The notes: generated by a model not told the origin, from the letters alone. A stretch of 64,000 nucleotides of DNA from Candidatus Pacearchaeota archaeon (GCA_023133415.1 JAGLWM010000004.1:3574-67573); one strand, 5' to 3'. Positions 18,493-27,416 are shown, numbered from the stretch's first letter. Translations and numbers: made by a program.

Positions 18493-19424
18493 AAAGGGGG
18501 CAGTTTAGTTTTGTCTGGTTGTTTGCGATTTTGGCGGGTGGGGCGATTTTGGCTTTGGCGATTTGGGGTGCGATGCAAGCTGGAGGCACATTGAGATTTC
18601 AAAGTGAGACCGAGGCTGCCAAGAGTATTTCGATTTTGACTGATCCTTTGCAGACTGGTTTTGCCGAAGGGTCTTTTGGGAAGATTTCTTTTCGGCAGAA
18701 AGCTCGATTAAATAATATTTGTTTGGATTCTGGATTTGGGAAGAATGATATTTCGGTCGCAATACGAAGCAGTGTTGGGAAAGAATGGAATTTGGCTGGA
18801 GGTGCGACATCTGTTCACAATAAATATATCTTTTCTGAAGAGGTGAATGAGGGTTTTGATTTTTTTGTTTTTTCTAAGTCTTTTAATTTTCCGTATGAGG
18901 TTAGTGATTTGATTTTTTTGAGTTCTGGAAATTATTGTTTTTTGAATTCGCCCGAAAGTGTTGAGGAGGATGTTTTGGGATTGGGAATTGATAATGTTGT
19001 TCTTGATAATTGCAGTATTGGGGATATTCGAGTTTGTTTTGGAGGCGGTGTTGATTGTGATATTTTTGTTTATGGGTCGTGTTCGGGAAATTGTGATTCA
19101 ATTTATGATGAGGGGACTGTTGCGAAGGAGGGTGGGGATTCTGATTATGTTGGGAATTTGATGTATGCTGCGATTTTTTCTGATAAGGAAGTTTATGATT
19201 GTAATGTTAGACGGTTGTTGTACCGAGCGAAAAGTATTGCAGATATTTTTGTGGAGAAGAGTGATTTGATGAATGCTCGGAATTGTAATACTAATTTGAA
19301 GGGTGATTTGATTGTTTGGAGTGCGATGCTGGAGGGTGCTGGTTCTGAGGATTTGGTTTTGTTGAAGGGGTTTGCTAAGAATTTAGGAAGGAAGGAAGAC
19401 AGGGAGTTGTGTAGGGTATGGTAA
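18489..19424 (+). CDS. pilin-like protein with class III signal peptide (MKRGQF)
   Basis: MKRGQFSFVWLFAILAGGAILALAIWG. ATGA overlap with hepT. Confidence 0.7.
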   Translation: MKRGQFSFVWLFAILAGGAILALAIWGAMQAGGTLRFQSETEAAKSISILTDPLQTGFAEGSFGKISFRQKARLNNICLDSGFGKNDISVAIRSSVGKEWNLAGGATSVHNKYIFSEEVNEGFDFFVFSKSFNFPYEVSDLIFLSSGNYCFLNSPESVEEDVLGLGIDNVVLDNCSIGDIRVCFGGGVDCDIFVYGSCSGNCDSIYDEGTVAKEGGDSDYVGNLMYAAIFSDKEVYDCNVRRLLYRAKSIADIFVEKSDLMNARNCNTNLKGDLIVWSAMLEGAGSEDLVLLKGFAKNLGRKEDRELCRVW

Positions 19425-19588
19425 AAAAGCTTTGCTTTTTTACCGGTGGTCGGGGGTCGGTGGTCGGTAGTCGGGATGACTTGGGCAACTTGCGGGGGTC
19501 GGGAGTTGGGGGTCGTGAGTCGTGGGTCGTGAGTCGTGGGTTGGGGGTCGTGAGTCGTGGGTTGGGGGTCGGGGGGAAGGGGGGGCAG
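19425..19588 (+). repeat. G-rich GGTCGG-type modular repeat (hairpin aaaaagctttgcttttt, 26-nt core, gacttgggcaacttg module, gtcgtgagtcgtgg subrepeats, G runs)
   Basis: Core ggtcgggggtcggtggtcggtagtcgg at 19448-19473 is identical to 57612-57637. Open in frame with the downstream CDS (track ORF 19418..20074). Confidence 0.85.
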
Positions 19589-20074
19589 ATGAAGATTATG
19601 CAGATGTCGTTTATGATTATTGCTGTGTTTTTCTTTTTTATTTTGGTTGGTTTGTTTTTTTTGGGAATTGCATTTAAAGATATTCGGAGTGGGGCTGAGC
19701 AGCTGCAAAGGGAGCAGGCTATTTCTTCTTTGGAGGTTATTGCTGGGATGAATGAGCTTGCTTATTATTCGGGTGAGTCGATGAGTGTTGATGAGGATAA
19801 GTTGCGGATTATGTCGGGGAGCTTGAGCGTGGATTATGGAGAATTTTGGCCGATTGCTTCGTTGGAATTTCATAAGGTTTATCCGGCTTTTGATGAAGTT
19901 GTGAAATGTCCTGCTGTGGGGTGTAATTATTACGAGATTTTTGATTCTGGGCAGAGGGATGTTGAGAAGTTTTCTTCTTATGTTTCTATTTGTAAAAGGG
20001 TTAGGGAGTTTGATAGTGTTTATAATCGGTGTGAGATTGGGAAAATTGTTGTGGGCATGAGGATTTTAGAATGA
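19589..20074 (+). CDS. membrane-anchored pilin-like protein; possibly translated from 19418 with a repeat-encoded leader ending KGGQ
   Basis: MKIMQMSFMIIAVFFFFILVGLFFLGIAF. The alternative ATG 19418 overlaps the upstream stop by 7 nt. Confidence 0.6.
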   Translation: MKIMQMSFMIIAVFFFFILVGLFFLGIAFKDIRSGAEQLQREQAISSLEVIAGMNELAYYSGESMSVDEDKLRIMSGSLSVDYGEFWPIASLEFHKVYPAFDEVVKCPAVGCNYYEIFDSGQRDVEKFSSYVSICKRVREFDSVYNRCEIGKIVVGMRILE

Positions 20075-20604
20075 AATTGAGAAATGAAATAAATAATATG
20101 AAAAATAAAATAAATAGAAAGGGGCAGCAGGAGATTGTGGGGTTTGTTTTGATTGTGGTCTTGGTGATGGTTGGGCTGATGGTTTTTTTGGTGATTTCGG
20201 TTCGGGATGTTACGGAGACGGAAGATAGTCTTGAGGTTTTGAATATGATTGGTGTTTTGATGAGGACGACTAGTGAGTGCGCGATTGTTTATGAGCCGGA
20301 TTATGATGATTTTGAGGATTTGTTTAAGAGTTGTCATAAAAATGATCGGTGTAGTAATTTGGATAGGTCTGCTTGTGATTATTTGAACGAGAGTTTTGGT
20401 GATGTTGTTGATGCTCTGATGAGAAGTGAGGCGGATGTTGAGGCTTGGGATGTTGAGTTTTTTGTTAAGGATGGAGGTGAGATGCTTGGTTTTTGGGATT
20501 CGGAATCTGGTAATTGCACGGGACGAGTTGAGGGGGCGCAGAGGAGTATAGTTTCTGGAGGAGAGAGTTTGGTTGTTAGAATGAGGGTCTGTCGTGGGAG
20601 TTAG
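20071..20604 (+). CDS. pilin-like protein with class III signal peptide (NRKGQQ)
   Basis: ..KINRKGQQEIVGFVLIVVLVMVGLMVFLVI. ATGA overlap with the upstream gene. Confidence 0.7.
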   Translation: MKLRNEINNMKNKINRKGQQEIVGFVLIVVLVMVGLMVFLVISVRDVTETEDSLEVLNMIGVLMRTTSECAIVYEPDYDDFEDLFKSCHKNDRCSNLDRSACDYLNESFGDVVDALMRSEADVEAWDVEFFVKDGGEMLGFWDSESGNCTGRVEGAQRSIVSGGESLVVRMRVCRGS

Positions 20605-20658
20605 GGGTCGGTAGTTGGGGGTGGGTAGTCGGTAGTCGGTGACTTGTTCGGCTTTGCT
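20604..20658 (+). repeat. G-rich GGTCGG repeat + gacttgttcggctttgct module
   Basis: aggggtcggtagttgggggtgggtagtcggtagtcggtgacttgttcggctttgct. Confidence 0.75.
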
Positions 20659-21013
20659 ATATTTCTATTATGATTTGTAGTTTATCAATTATTAGGACTG
20701 GTTTTAGGGATTCTCGTTTGCCTGTTTTTTCTGCGTGGAATTCTATGAATCCGAATCTTTCCAGTACTTTGATATCTTCTCTAACTGACTTAAAATCTCT
20801 TCCTAGGATTTTGGCTAAGGCGTATATTGACTTGGGGTTTTTGTGTTTTAGGGCGTAGAGGATTCTGGATTTTTCGTTTGTCAGGAGATTACGAAGGAGT
20901 TTGACATCTGAGAAGTCGTGAGGTTTTTTTTCTCCGATTAGTTTTGAGACGAAGTTTTCTTTGCTTACATTCACATCGACATATCGTGTTTTGGTTCGTT
21001 TTTTATTTGCCAT
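20657..21013 (-). CDS. winged-helix transcriptional regulator
   Basis: LLTNEKSRILYALKHKNPKSIYALAKILGRDFKSVREDIKVLERFGFIEF is an ArsR/MarR-like wHTH. Confidence 0.6.
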   Translation of the reverse strand: MANKKRTKTRYVDVNVSKENFVSKLIGEKKPHDFSDVKLLRNLLTNEKSRILYALKHKNPKSIYALAKILGRDFKSVREDIKVLERFGFIEFHAEKTGKRESLKPVLIIDKLQIIIEI

Positions 21014-21160
21014 GGGGGAGGGAGCGAAGCTTATGCTTCGCGTTTTTGGTTTTTGGTTGTTGGTTTTTGGTGGGGGGGAGCGAAGCTTTGCTTCGCGTTT
21101 TTGGTGGTAATTGTTGCGCGCTGTGGCGCGCTGTGGGCAGGGGAGGTCTTGGGATTTGGA
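21014..21160 (+). repeat. hairpin + T/GGT-tract modular repeat (two gcgaagc-ttt-gcttcgc units, ttgcgcgctgtggcgcgc module)
   Basis: Same modules as at 24788, 26514, 27226 and 30801. Plus-strand orientation although it lies upstream of a minus-strand gene. Confidence 0.75.
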
Positions 21161-21373
21161 TATTTCATATGTATGGTAAGTTTACTTAGATATATAAATC
21201 TTATGTTTTATTGATATATGTTATTTTGTGCCATATATATCGGTTTTAGAAAATCTGTTAACAATACTCATCTTGAAAATTTGTTGTGTTTTTTTGTGAT
21301 AACGGAAGCTTTATAAGTAAACTATTAAAAATGGGTTATTTTTGGGAATTATCGCCGTTGGGTGGATGGCAAG

Positions 21374-21383
21374 CTTTATATAG
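21374..21383 (+). promoter_or_regulatory. TATA box of the S-layer gene (second similar box at 21309-21318), implying a roughly 180-nt 5' UTR; GGAGG at 21574-21578
   Basis: aagctttatataga and aagctttataagta duplicated boxes. aaaggaggtttaaaaaataATG. Confidence 0.45.
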
Positions 21384-21589
21384 AGAAAATGGATAGTATG
21401 TTTAGCGTTGTTGTTAATCAATAATGTTGACTAGTCAGTGTTCATATAGGGACCCCTAGTGATGACACTTATAACGCTCCCTAAGTTATAAGACCTGCCA
21501 GACTGTTAGAAACGTTGAACTCGGGTTGATTCTCGAGGCCTTGAATAAGGCGGCTAAACTAATAGTGCTGAAAGGAGGTTTAAAAAATA

Positions 21590-23878
21590 ATGAAAAAAAT
21601 ATTTAGAAAAGCTGTTACAGTTTTGGGAAGCACTGCTTTGATTGGTGCTACAGTTGGTATGGCTGCTGCTGCATCCTACCCTGAGCCTTTCACAAGTAAT
21701 ACTGCTATCGTTGTTGGTGCTAATGCTGCTCCTTCCGATAACATTGCTGCTGCTTCCATTGCTTCTAACCTAGACGCTAGTGCGGTAGGCGTAGGAGTTA
21801 TAACTGTTACAGATGGCGATTCTTACAAGTTTGAGAAGACATCCACTAAGTATCACTTAGGTGATGCTATTACTACGGTTGTTTCTTCAGATTTAGACGA
21901 AGACCAGATGCCTGTTCTTTTGAACGATGGAACTTTTACTGATGATGATAATGATGAATTTGATTACACTCAGAAAATTAACTTATCTTCTGGTTTAACA
22001 TTATCTATGTTTGATGATAATGACTATAGGACAGATGATCCTAGTATTGGTTTTAAGATTAATTCAGGTGCTGATGTTTTAACATATACACTTGAATTTA
22101 GCGATGAGCCTTTATTTACTGATTTGCCTACTGCAGATATGACTATCATGGGTAAGACATACTATGTTCTTGCTTCTACTGCTACCAAGTTAACTTTGCT
22201 TGACTCTGCTGCTGACGCAATTGTTGCGGAAGGAGAGACTGCAACTATTACTGCCGGCGGAAAGACATATACTGTTAGTATTGAATTTGTAGATTCTGAT
22301 TCGGCTAAATTGAATGTTAATGGTGAAATTACTAATGACATTGCATCTACTGAAACATACAAGCTTGATGACGGATCTTATTTGGGTATGAAAGAAATTT
22401 TATATTCGGCTAAGGATACTGGAATCAGTAAGGTTGAATTTAGTATTGGTAGTGGAAAGTTGGTTTTGGAGAATGGAAATGAGATCAAGATGAATGAAGA
22501 TTCTATTGATGGAATGACATCTACTATTACTAACACAACTGATGCTACACATCTAACTAGTGTAATTATCGATTGGGCTGCTGACGATGAACTTTTCATC
22601 GCAGAAGATTCTGTTGTTACTATGCCTGGATTTGAGGCTGTTTCTTTAGTTTTCGGAGGATTAGATTATCCTGCTGAAGAGGCTATTGAAGTTGGTTACG
22701 ATGGATCCGATAGTGCTGTTTTAAACAACTTCCCATTAAAAGATTCTGTAGAAGATATTAATCTTCTATATAGCGACGGAACTAGCTTTACGCTTCTTGG
22801 AAAAGATAGTGATGAGAGATTAGTTACGCATGCTACAAATCTTACTTTCGATGGTGATACAGATAGTTACTTTGTAGCTTCTTGGACTGACGGAAGAGAT
22901 GCTGAATCTTACTTAATGAGAGCGACTAACTTTAAGGTTGATAATAATGTTAACAAGACTACTTTCCAATATAGGAAAGATGGTTCTTGGACTGACGCTA
23001 AAGTAGACCGAAAAGATACAGATACATTCTCTGTTGGAAATGTTGAATTAGATATTGGCTATATTGATAAGTTAGGAAAGTCCGTTGTTGTTCAAAACAA
23101 TAGCGCACAGACTAGCTTCAATACTCTTTACTCTAATGAGGGCATGAAGGTGTTTCTGCCTGTTGTTAGTGCTACTGAAACCGGTAATGGTTATATCAAT
23201 TCAACTGATGGTACACCATCCAGTTGGAACTTAACTATGGTTGAGGAAGACAAAGATGGCGATATTGCACAAGGTGATACTATCTATACAACTCTTGGAT
23301 TAAATAGTCAAACTCCTGCGGAGGTTACTGTTACGACTATTACAACTTCGAATGCAGATGCAACTAGCTCTGAAATCGGAGATACTGATGTATACAGAGA
23401 TTTCACATATTCTGCTCTTGCTACTGAGATCTTATTCGATCAAGGTGGAGATCAGGACTTTGTGACTTTAGTTTATCATGGTGATGAAGTTGCTGCTGAT
23501 GTGTATATCACATCCGCTGAAGCTGTTATTACAACTACAGACGCTGGTGTTATGACAGTTATGGACGATGCTGTGTCGACTGTTGCTGGAAAGAACTTGA
23601 TTGTTGTTGGTGGTTCTGCTATCAACTCTGTTGCTGCTGATTTACTAGGTGGTGCTTTCAGTGAAGGTGCATTTACATCCGCTACGGGTGTTGGCGCTGG
23701 TGAGTTTTTGATCCAATCCTTTGATAGGGCTGGAAAGACTGCTCTATTGGTTGCTGGTTACAATGCTGCTGATACTGAAAAGGCTGCTACTTACTTGTTG
23801 AATTACGATGTTGATACAACTATCGGAAATAAGTACAAGGGTACATCTGCCAGTGAAGCTAGTTTAGTTGTTGCTTAA
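21590..23878 (+). CDS. S-layer protein (Methanococcales-type N- and C-terminal signatures)
   Basis: Signal peptide MKKIFRKAVTVLGSTALIGATVGMAAAASYPEPF. Also IVVGANAAPSDNIAAASIASNL and C-terminal GKNLIVVGGSAINSVAADLLGG..LLVAGYNAADTEKAA. Codon usage is distinct from its neighbours. Confidence 0.7.
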   Translation: MKKIFRKAVTVLGSTALIGATVGMAAAASYPEPFTSNTAIVVGANAAPSDNIAAASIASNLDASAVGVGVITVTDGDSYKFEKTSTKYHLGDAITTVVSSDLDEDQMPVLLNDGTFTDDDNDEFDYTQKINLSSGLTLSMFDDNDYRTDDPSIGFKINSGADVLTYTLEFSDEPLFTDLPTADMTIMGKTYYVLASTATKLTLLDSAADAIVAEGETATITAGGKTYTVSIEFVDSDSAKLNVNGEITNDIASTETYKLDDGSYLGMKEILYSAKDTGISKVEFSIGSGKLVLENGNEIKMNEDSIDGMTSTITNTTDATHLTSVIIDWAADDELFIAEDSVVTMPGFEAVSLVFGGLDYPAEEAIEVGYDGSDSAVLNNFPLKDSVEDINLLYSDGTSFTLLGKDSDERLVTHATNLTFDGDTDSYFVASWTDGRDAESYLMRATNFKVDNNVNKTTFQYRKDGSWTDAKVDRKDTDTFSVGNVELDIGYIDKLGKSVVVQNNSAQTSFNTLYSNEGMKVFLPVVSATETGNGYINSTDGTPSSWNLTMVEEDKDGDIAQGDTIYTTLGLNSQTPAEVTVTTITTSNADATSSEIGDTDVYRDFTYSALATEILFDQGGDQDFVTLVYHGDEVAADVYITSAEAVITTTDAGVMTVMDDAVSTVAGKNLIVVGGSAINSVAADLLGGAFSEGAFTSATGVGAGEFLIQSFDRAGKTALLVAGYNAADTEKAATYLLNYDVDTTIGNKYKGTSASEASLVVA

Positions 23879-23998
23879 GATACAAAAATTATGGGGATTT
23901 TCCCCTTTTTTCTTTTTTTCTTTTTTTCTTTTCTTAAAATGGAACGAGAGTTTCGAATTTTTAGAAATGTTTTTTAATTGGTCTGTTTTGTTGTAATT

Positions 23999-24787
23999 AT
24001 GACTATTAAGAAAAGCCCTAAGGTACTCGTCGCTGGTCCTACATTCGATGGGATGGAATACTGTCATGAGAAATTTATTAATAGGCTAAAAAATTTATCT
24101 TATGATAATTACGATGTTCTCTTGGTTGATAATTCGGAAAGTAATGAATTTTTTAAGAAGTTGAAGAAGGAGTCTGGGATTAAGGCTATTAGATTGCAGT
24201 TGGAAAATATTTCGAATATTAATAGAATTGTTAGAAGTCGGAATAGGATTTTGAATTATGCTATTATGAATTTTTATGATTATGTTTTAATGATGGATGT
24301 TGATGTTATTCCTCCTGTGGATGTTGTCGAGAGGCTTTTGGCTCATAAAAAAGATATTGTGAGTGGGATTTATTACAACGTTTTTATGGTTGACCGAAAA
24401 AAGAAAATTTGTCCGGTGGCATGGAAGGGTTTTAGTGATGAGGAGTTTGAGGAGATTCGGTCTCAGGTGTCTTCGGAGTTTGTGACTTCGCCTGATCATC
24501 TTAGGCGTCATTTAAGTCCTGAGGAGGCTAATGGAGGAGAGTTGCAAGAAGTCCTTATCCCTTCGTGTGGGTGCATGTTGCTTAATCGGGATGTTTTCAA
24601 GAAAATTCAGTATGGTGTGTTGGATGTACCTGATGGGTTTAGTACGACGGATGATATTTATTTTTGCAGGAAGGCTCGTGAGGCTGGGTTTAAACTGTAT
24701 TGTGATACTGGTTTACAGTGTGAGCATTTGTTGAATGGTAAGTTTCAGAGGAATGGTGATGAGTGGGTGCATCCGTTGCATCGGTAG
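23999..24787 (+). CDS. family 2 glycosyltransferase (GT-A fold)
   Basis: VLVAGPTFDGMEYC..YDVLLVDNSESNEF..MMDVDVIPP (DxD). TATA gttttttaattgg lies about 24 nt upstream of ATG 23999. Confidence 0.7.
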   Translation: MTIKKSPKVLVAGPTFDGMEYCHEKFINRLKNLSYDNYDVLLVDNSESNEFFKKLKKESGIKAIRLQLENISNINRIVRSRNRILNYAIMNFYDYVLMMDVDVIPPVDVVERLLAHKKDIVSGIYYNVFMVDRKKKICPVAWKGFSDEEFEEIRSQVSSEFVTSPDHLRRHLSPEEANGGELQEVLIPSCGCMLLNRDVFKKIQYGVLDVPDGFSTTDDIYFCRKAREAGFKLYCDTGLQCEHLLNGKFQRNGDEWVHPLHR

Positions 24788-24790
24788 GGA

Positions 24791-24830
24791 GTGAAGCTTT
24801 GCTTCGCGTTTTTGGTTTTTGGTTTTTGGT
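24791..24830 (+). terminator. hairpin + T-tract terminator-like module
   Basis: gtgaagc-ttt-gcttcgc followed by gtttttggtttttggtttttgg, directly after the GT2 stop. Confidence 0.45.
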
Positions 24831-25075
24831 TAAGGCATCAAAGATGCCCAACTTGTTCGGCTTTGTTATTTTGTGACTTGTAAAAATATTATGTTTATGG
24901 AAATTGTTTTAAAATTTGATTTTGGGAATTGGGTAATTTTTAGCCATGGATTTCACGGACGAGCACGGATTTTTTGTGGGACATGCGACTTTTATTAATA
25001 AATCTATTAGACTATTTTCGCTTAGGCATTTTAATTTGAATCCGTCAGTTATGGTCTTTTTGTTTTAGGGTAAGG

Positions 25076-25083
25076 TTTATATT
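25076..25083 (+). promoter_or_regulatory. TATA box 26 nt upstream of the first (ancestral) ATG copy at 25106
   Basis: tttatatt. Confidence 0.45.
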
Positions 25084-25098
25084 CAGTGGATTGTTTTT

Positions 25099-25189
25099 TT
25101 TTAGGATGAGAAGGATAGAATCGGGGGTCGGTGCTCGGTAGTCGGAGGTCGGGAGACTTGGGCAACTAATTTTTAGGATGAGAAGGATA
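25099..25189 (+). mobile_element. 53-bp G-rich GGTCGG element flanked by a 19-bp direct duplication that contains the start codon
   Basis: ttttaggatgagaaggata at 25099-25117 and 25171-25189. Between them: gaatcgggggtcggtgctcggtagtcggaggtcgggagacttgggcaactaat. Confidence 0.7.
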
Positions 25190-25807
25190 AAGAGTGTTGT
25201 GGATAAGGAAAGCGTTCAGCGGCGGAATAGTATGATTATGGGAGTTGTGATGGTTGGTATTTTGGTTTTTGCGAGTTTGGGATATTCTTTGATGAGTGCG
25301 GATGGGGAGGATGAGAATGTTGTTAGGGAGTTGGGTTTTGATTTTGTTCGGGATGGTGGACTTTGGAAGGTTGAGATTGCTGGGGGAATTTTTGGTTTTC
25401 AGTATTTGCCTTCGGAGGTTGATGATATTGATGTTAATTTGACGAAAGAGTTGGGTGAATATTCTGGGGAAGTTTTGTATTTTGTGAATCCGAATGAGGG
25501 CGTGGGTGAGGTTTTGAACAATCTTGGACGCTATATTTTGAGGTACCAGGAATCTTGCTTGCAGCAAGATTCTGGGGAGTCGAGGGTCGGGGGTCGGGGG
25601 TCGGATGACTTGGGCAACTTGACTAGTAAGGGGAGTGAATATGTTTGTGAGGGGGATTTGCCGGTGAAAGATTGTAGTAGTAATTTGATTATTTTTGAAA
25701 GTGGGAATGAGACGAGGGTTTATGGAGATGGGGGTTGTGTTCATATTGTTGGGGATAGTATTCGGGGCGTCGATGCTTTTTTATATGAGGTTTTGAATGT
25801 AAAGTGA
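25178..25807 (+). CDS. membrane-anchored hypothetical protein carrying an in-frame G-rich repeat insertion
   Basis: N-terminal TM MIMGVVMVGILVFASLGY. Nucleotides 25575-25625 (ESRVGGRGSDDLGNLT) are a copy of the GGTCGG/gacttgggcaacttg element. Confidence 0.6.
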   Translation: MRRIKSVVDKESVQRRNSMIMGVVMVGILVFASLGYSLMSADGEDENVVRELGFDFVRDGGLWKVEIAGGIFGFQYLPSEVDDIDVNLTKELGEYSGEVLYFVNPNEGVGEVLNNLGRYILRYQESCLQQDSGESRVGGRGSDDLGNLTSKGSEYVCEGDLPVKDCSSNLIIFESGNETRVYGDGGCVHIVGDSIRGVDAFLYEVLNVK

Positions 25808-25811
25808 GAAG

Positions 25812-26513
25812 ATGGCTAAGAGAAAAAATAAAATAGAAAAGAATAAAATAGTGAAGGAAAAAGAGGGGGAGGTTGAGAAAGAAGTTGGGGTTGGGAAGGT
25901 GACGATTGAGAGAGAGAATCGACAGATGGGTTGGTTTATTTTTACTGTCATTGCTGTCTTTGCTTTGGTTTTGATTCCGTATTTTTGGGTTGAGAGCTCT
26001 AAGAGTTTTGAATTTGGTAATATTGATTGGGTGATCGAGGATTATGAGAATCTGAGAATTTTTCATGGAAGGTTCTTGTCTTTTACTAATTCGAACTTGT
26101 ATTACAATGTTTTTTTAAGAGGGGATCCGAGGAAGAATGATATTTATACGGAGGGGAATTTTGATAGTTTTAAGTATGGTGGGATTATCTCGGTAAGTCC
26201 TGAGGTTGATTCTTGTCGTGGAGAATTATCGAGAGTTATGCTTGATTTGGGAGCTTTCTTGAAACGAGGGGCTGGGGTTGGTGTTTTGGAAAGTGGTTCG
26301 ACTGACGAGGGTGTTGCTAATGAGAGTGGTCGGAGATTTGTGACTTGTGGGAATGTTTTTGATAGGACTGTTGTTATTGTTGAGATTGGAGAGGCTAGAG
26401 TTTTGCAGGACGATGATAATTCTTTTTGTTATACTGTTTATGCTGAAGATTGTAATGATGTTCGTGGTGTTGAGAGGTTTATGGTGAAGGCTGTTGAGGA
26501 TTTCAGGGATTAG
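25812..26513 (+). CDS. membrane-anchored hypothetical protein
   Basis: Lys/Glu-rich N-terminus, then TM GWFIFTVIAVFALVLIPYFWV. Confidence 0.6.
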   Translation: MAKRKNKIEKNKIVKEKEGEVEKEVGVGKVTIERENRQMGWFIFTVIAVFALVLIPYFWVESSKSFEFGNIDWVIEDYENLRIFHGRFLSFTNSNLYYNVFLRGDPRKNDIYTEGNFDSFKYGGIISVSPEVDSCRGELSRVMLDLGAFLKRGAGVGVLESGSTDEGVANESGRRFVTCGNVFDRTVVIVEIGEARVLQDDDNSFCYTVYAEDCNDVRGVERFMVKAVEDFRD

Positions 26514-26655
26514 GGGGAGAGCGAGGTTTTGCTTCGCGTTGTTGGTTTTTAGTTTTTGGTTTTTGGTAGAATGTTGCGCTCTTGGTTCGTGCTTGGTATT
26601 TGGTATTTGTGGGAATAGAATTGCTACGCTCTGTGTTCGCGTTTGGGATTAGAAA
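26514..26655 (+). repeat. hairpin + T-tract + ttgcgctc..gttcg(t/c)gc + tatttggtatttg modular repeat
   Basis: Sits in the convergent intergenic spacer. Modules are shared with 17423-17530 and 27226-27375. Confidence 0.7.
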
Positions 26656-26675
26656 ATGTTGTACTGTCTGTGTTT

Positions 26676-27194
26676 TTATTTGGTTAGAGATCTGAGATAT
26701 TTTAGGTCTGAATGTATTGGGATTGATTTTATTTTGTGAATTTTCATTGTTGCGAACCAGGTTGCTAGGACGAATATTGTTGATACTAGGTGCCAGAATA
26801 TCCAGTGTACTGTGGTGAAATAGGGTGTTGTAGCGATGGGAATTAGGATTAGAATTCTTGTTATGTTTAAGACGAAGAATATTGCGACGGCTGTGAGTGT
26901 TGCGTTGAGTCTGGTTTTGGGTTTTATGTTTGAAGTTGAAAAGATGAGGAAGAGGAGGAGGTAGAATGCTGATGTGGCGACGCAAGATGGGACGATTTGA
27001 ATTGTGAGGAAACTTGTGTAGATTGTGTCTATTACTAGGATTGTGTTTGTGAAGATTTTGAGGATTATGTTTGTCGTATGAATTGTTAATGGGTTTAAGA
27101 TTTTTTGTAGAATGTAAAAGTTTCCTAAGCCTAGTATTAGAATTGATAGATATCTTATACCAAGTCCTATGAGTCTTTTGTGCTGTTTGTTCAT
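26676..27194 (-). CDS. exosortase/archaeosortase-family protein, short form
   Basis: Polytopic 172-aa protein with IVPSCVATSAF (Cys), NITRILILI (Arg) and VHWIFWH (His) in the order expected for the family. Confidence 0.55.
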   Translation of the reverse strand: MNKQHKRLIGLGIRYLSILILGLGNFYILQKILNPLTIHTTNIILKIFTNTILVIDTIYTSFLTIQIVPSCVATSAFYLLLFLIFSTSNIKPKTRLNATLTAVAIFFVLNITRILILIPIATTPYFTTVHWIFWHLVSTIFVLATWFATMKIHKIKSIPIHSDLKYLRSLTK

Positions 27195-27225
27195 ATTGTA
27201 TTGTGATTTCTGAATTTAAAAAGCT

Positions 27226-27375
27226 TGGGGGAGCGAAGCTTTGTGTTGTTGGTTTTTGGTTAGGGGGAGCGAAGCTTTGCTTCGCGTTTTTGGTTGTTGG
27301 TTGTTGGTTTTTGGTTTTTGGTTTTTGGTAGTGTGTTGCGCTCTTAGTTCGCGCGATTTGTTCGGCTTTGCTATT
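27226..27375 (+). repeat. hairpin + (tggtt)n + gttgcgctcttagttcgcgc + gatttgttcggctttgct modular repeat
   Basis: Plus-strand orientation between two minus-strand genes. Nearly identical 3' modules at 30850-30891. Confidence 0.75.
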
Positions 27376-27416
27376 TTTTATTATTATTTGATTATTGGGA
27401 CTGAATGATTTTAGAA

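Noticed and set aside
20944-21189. ORF of 81 aa upstream of the S-layer gene. Similar repeat-spanning ORFs: 16663..16881, 26503..26985, 50666..50869, 54614..54859.
   Set aside because: They are encoded almost entirely by the modular intergenic repeats (Gly/Trp/Phe/Leu/Val-rich translations), with no start-site support.
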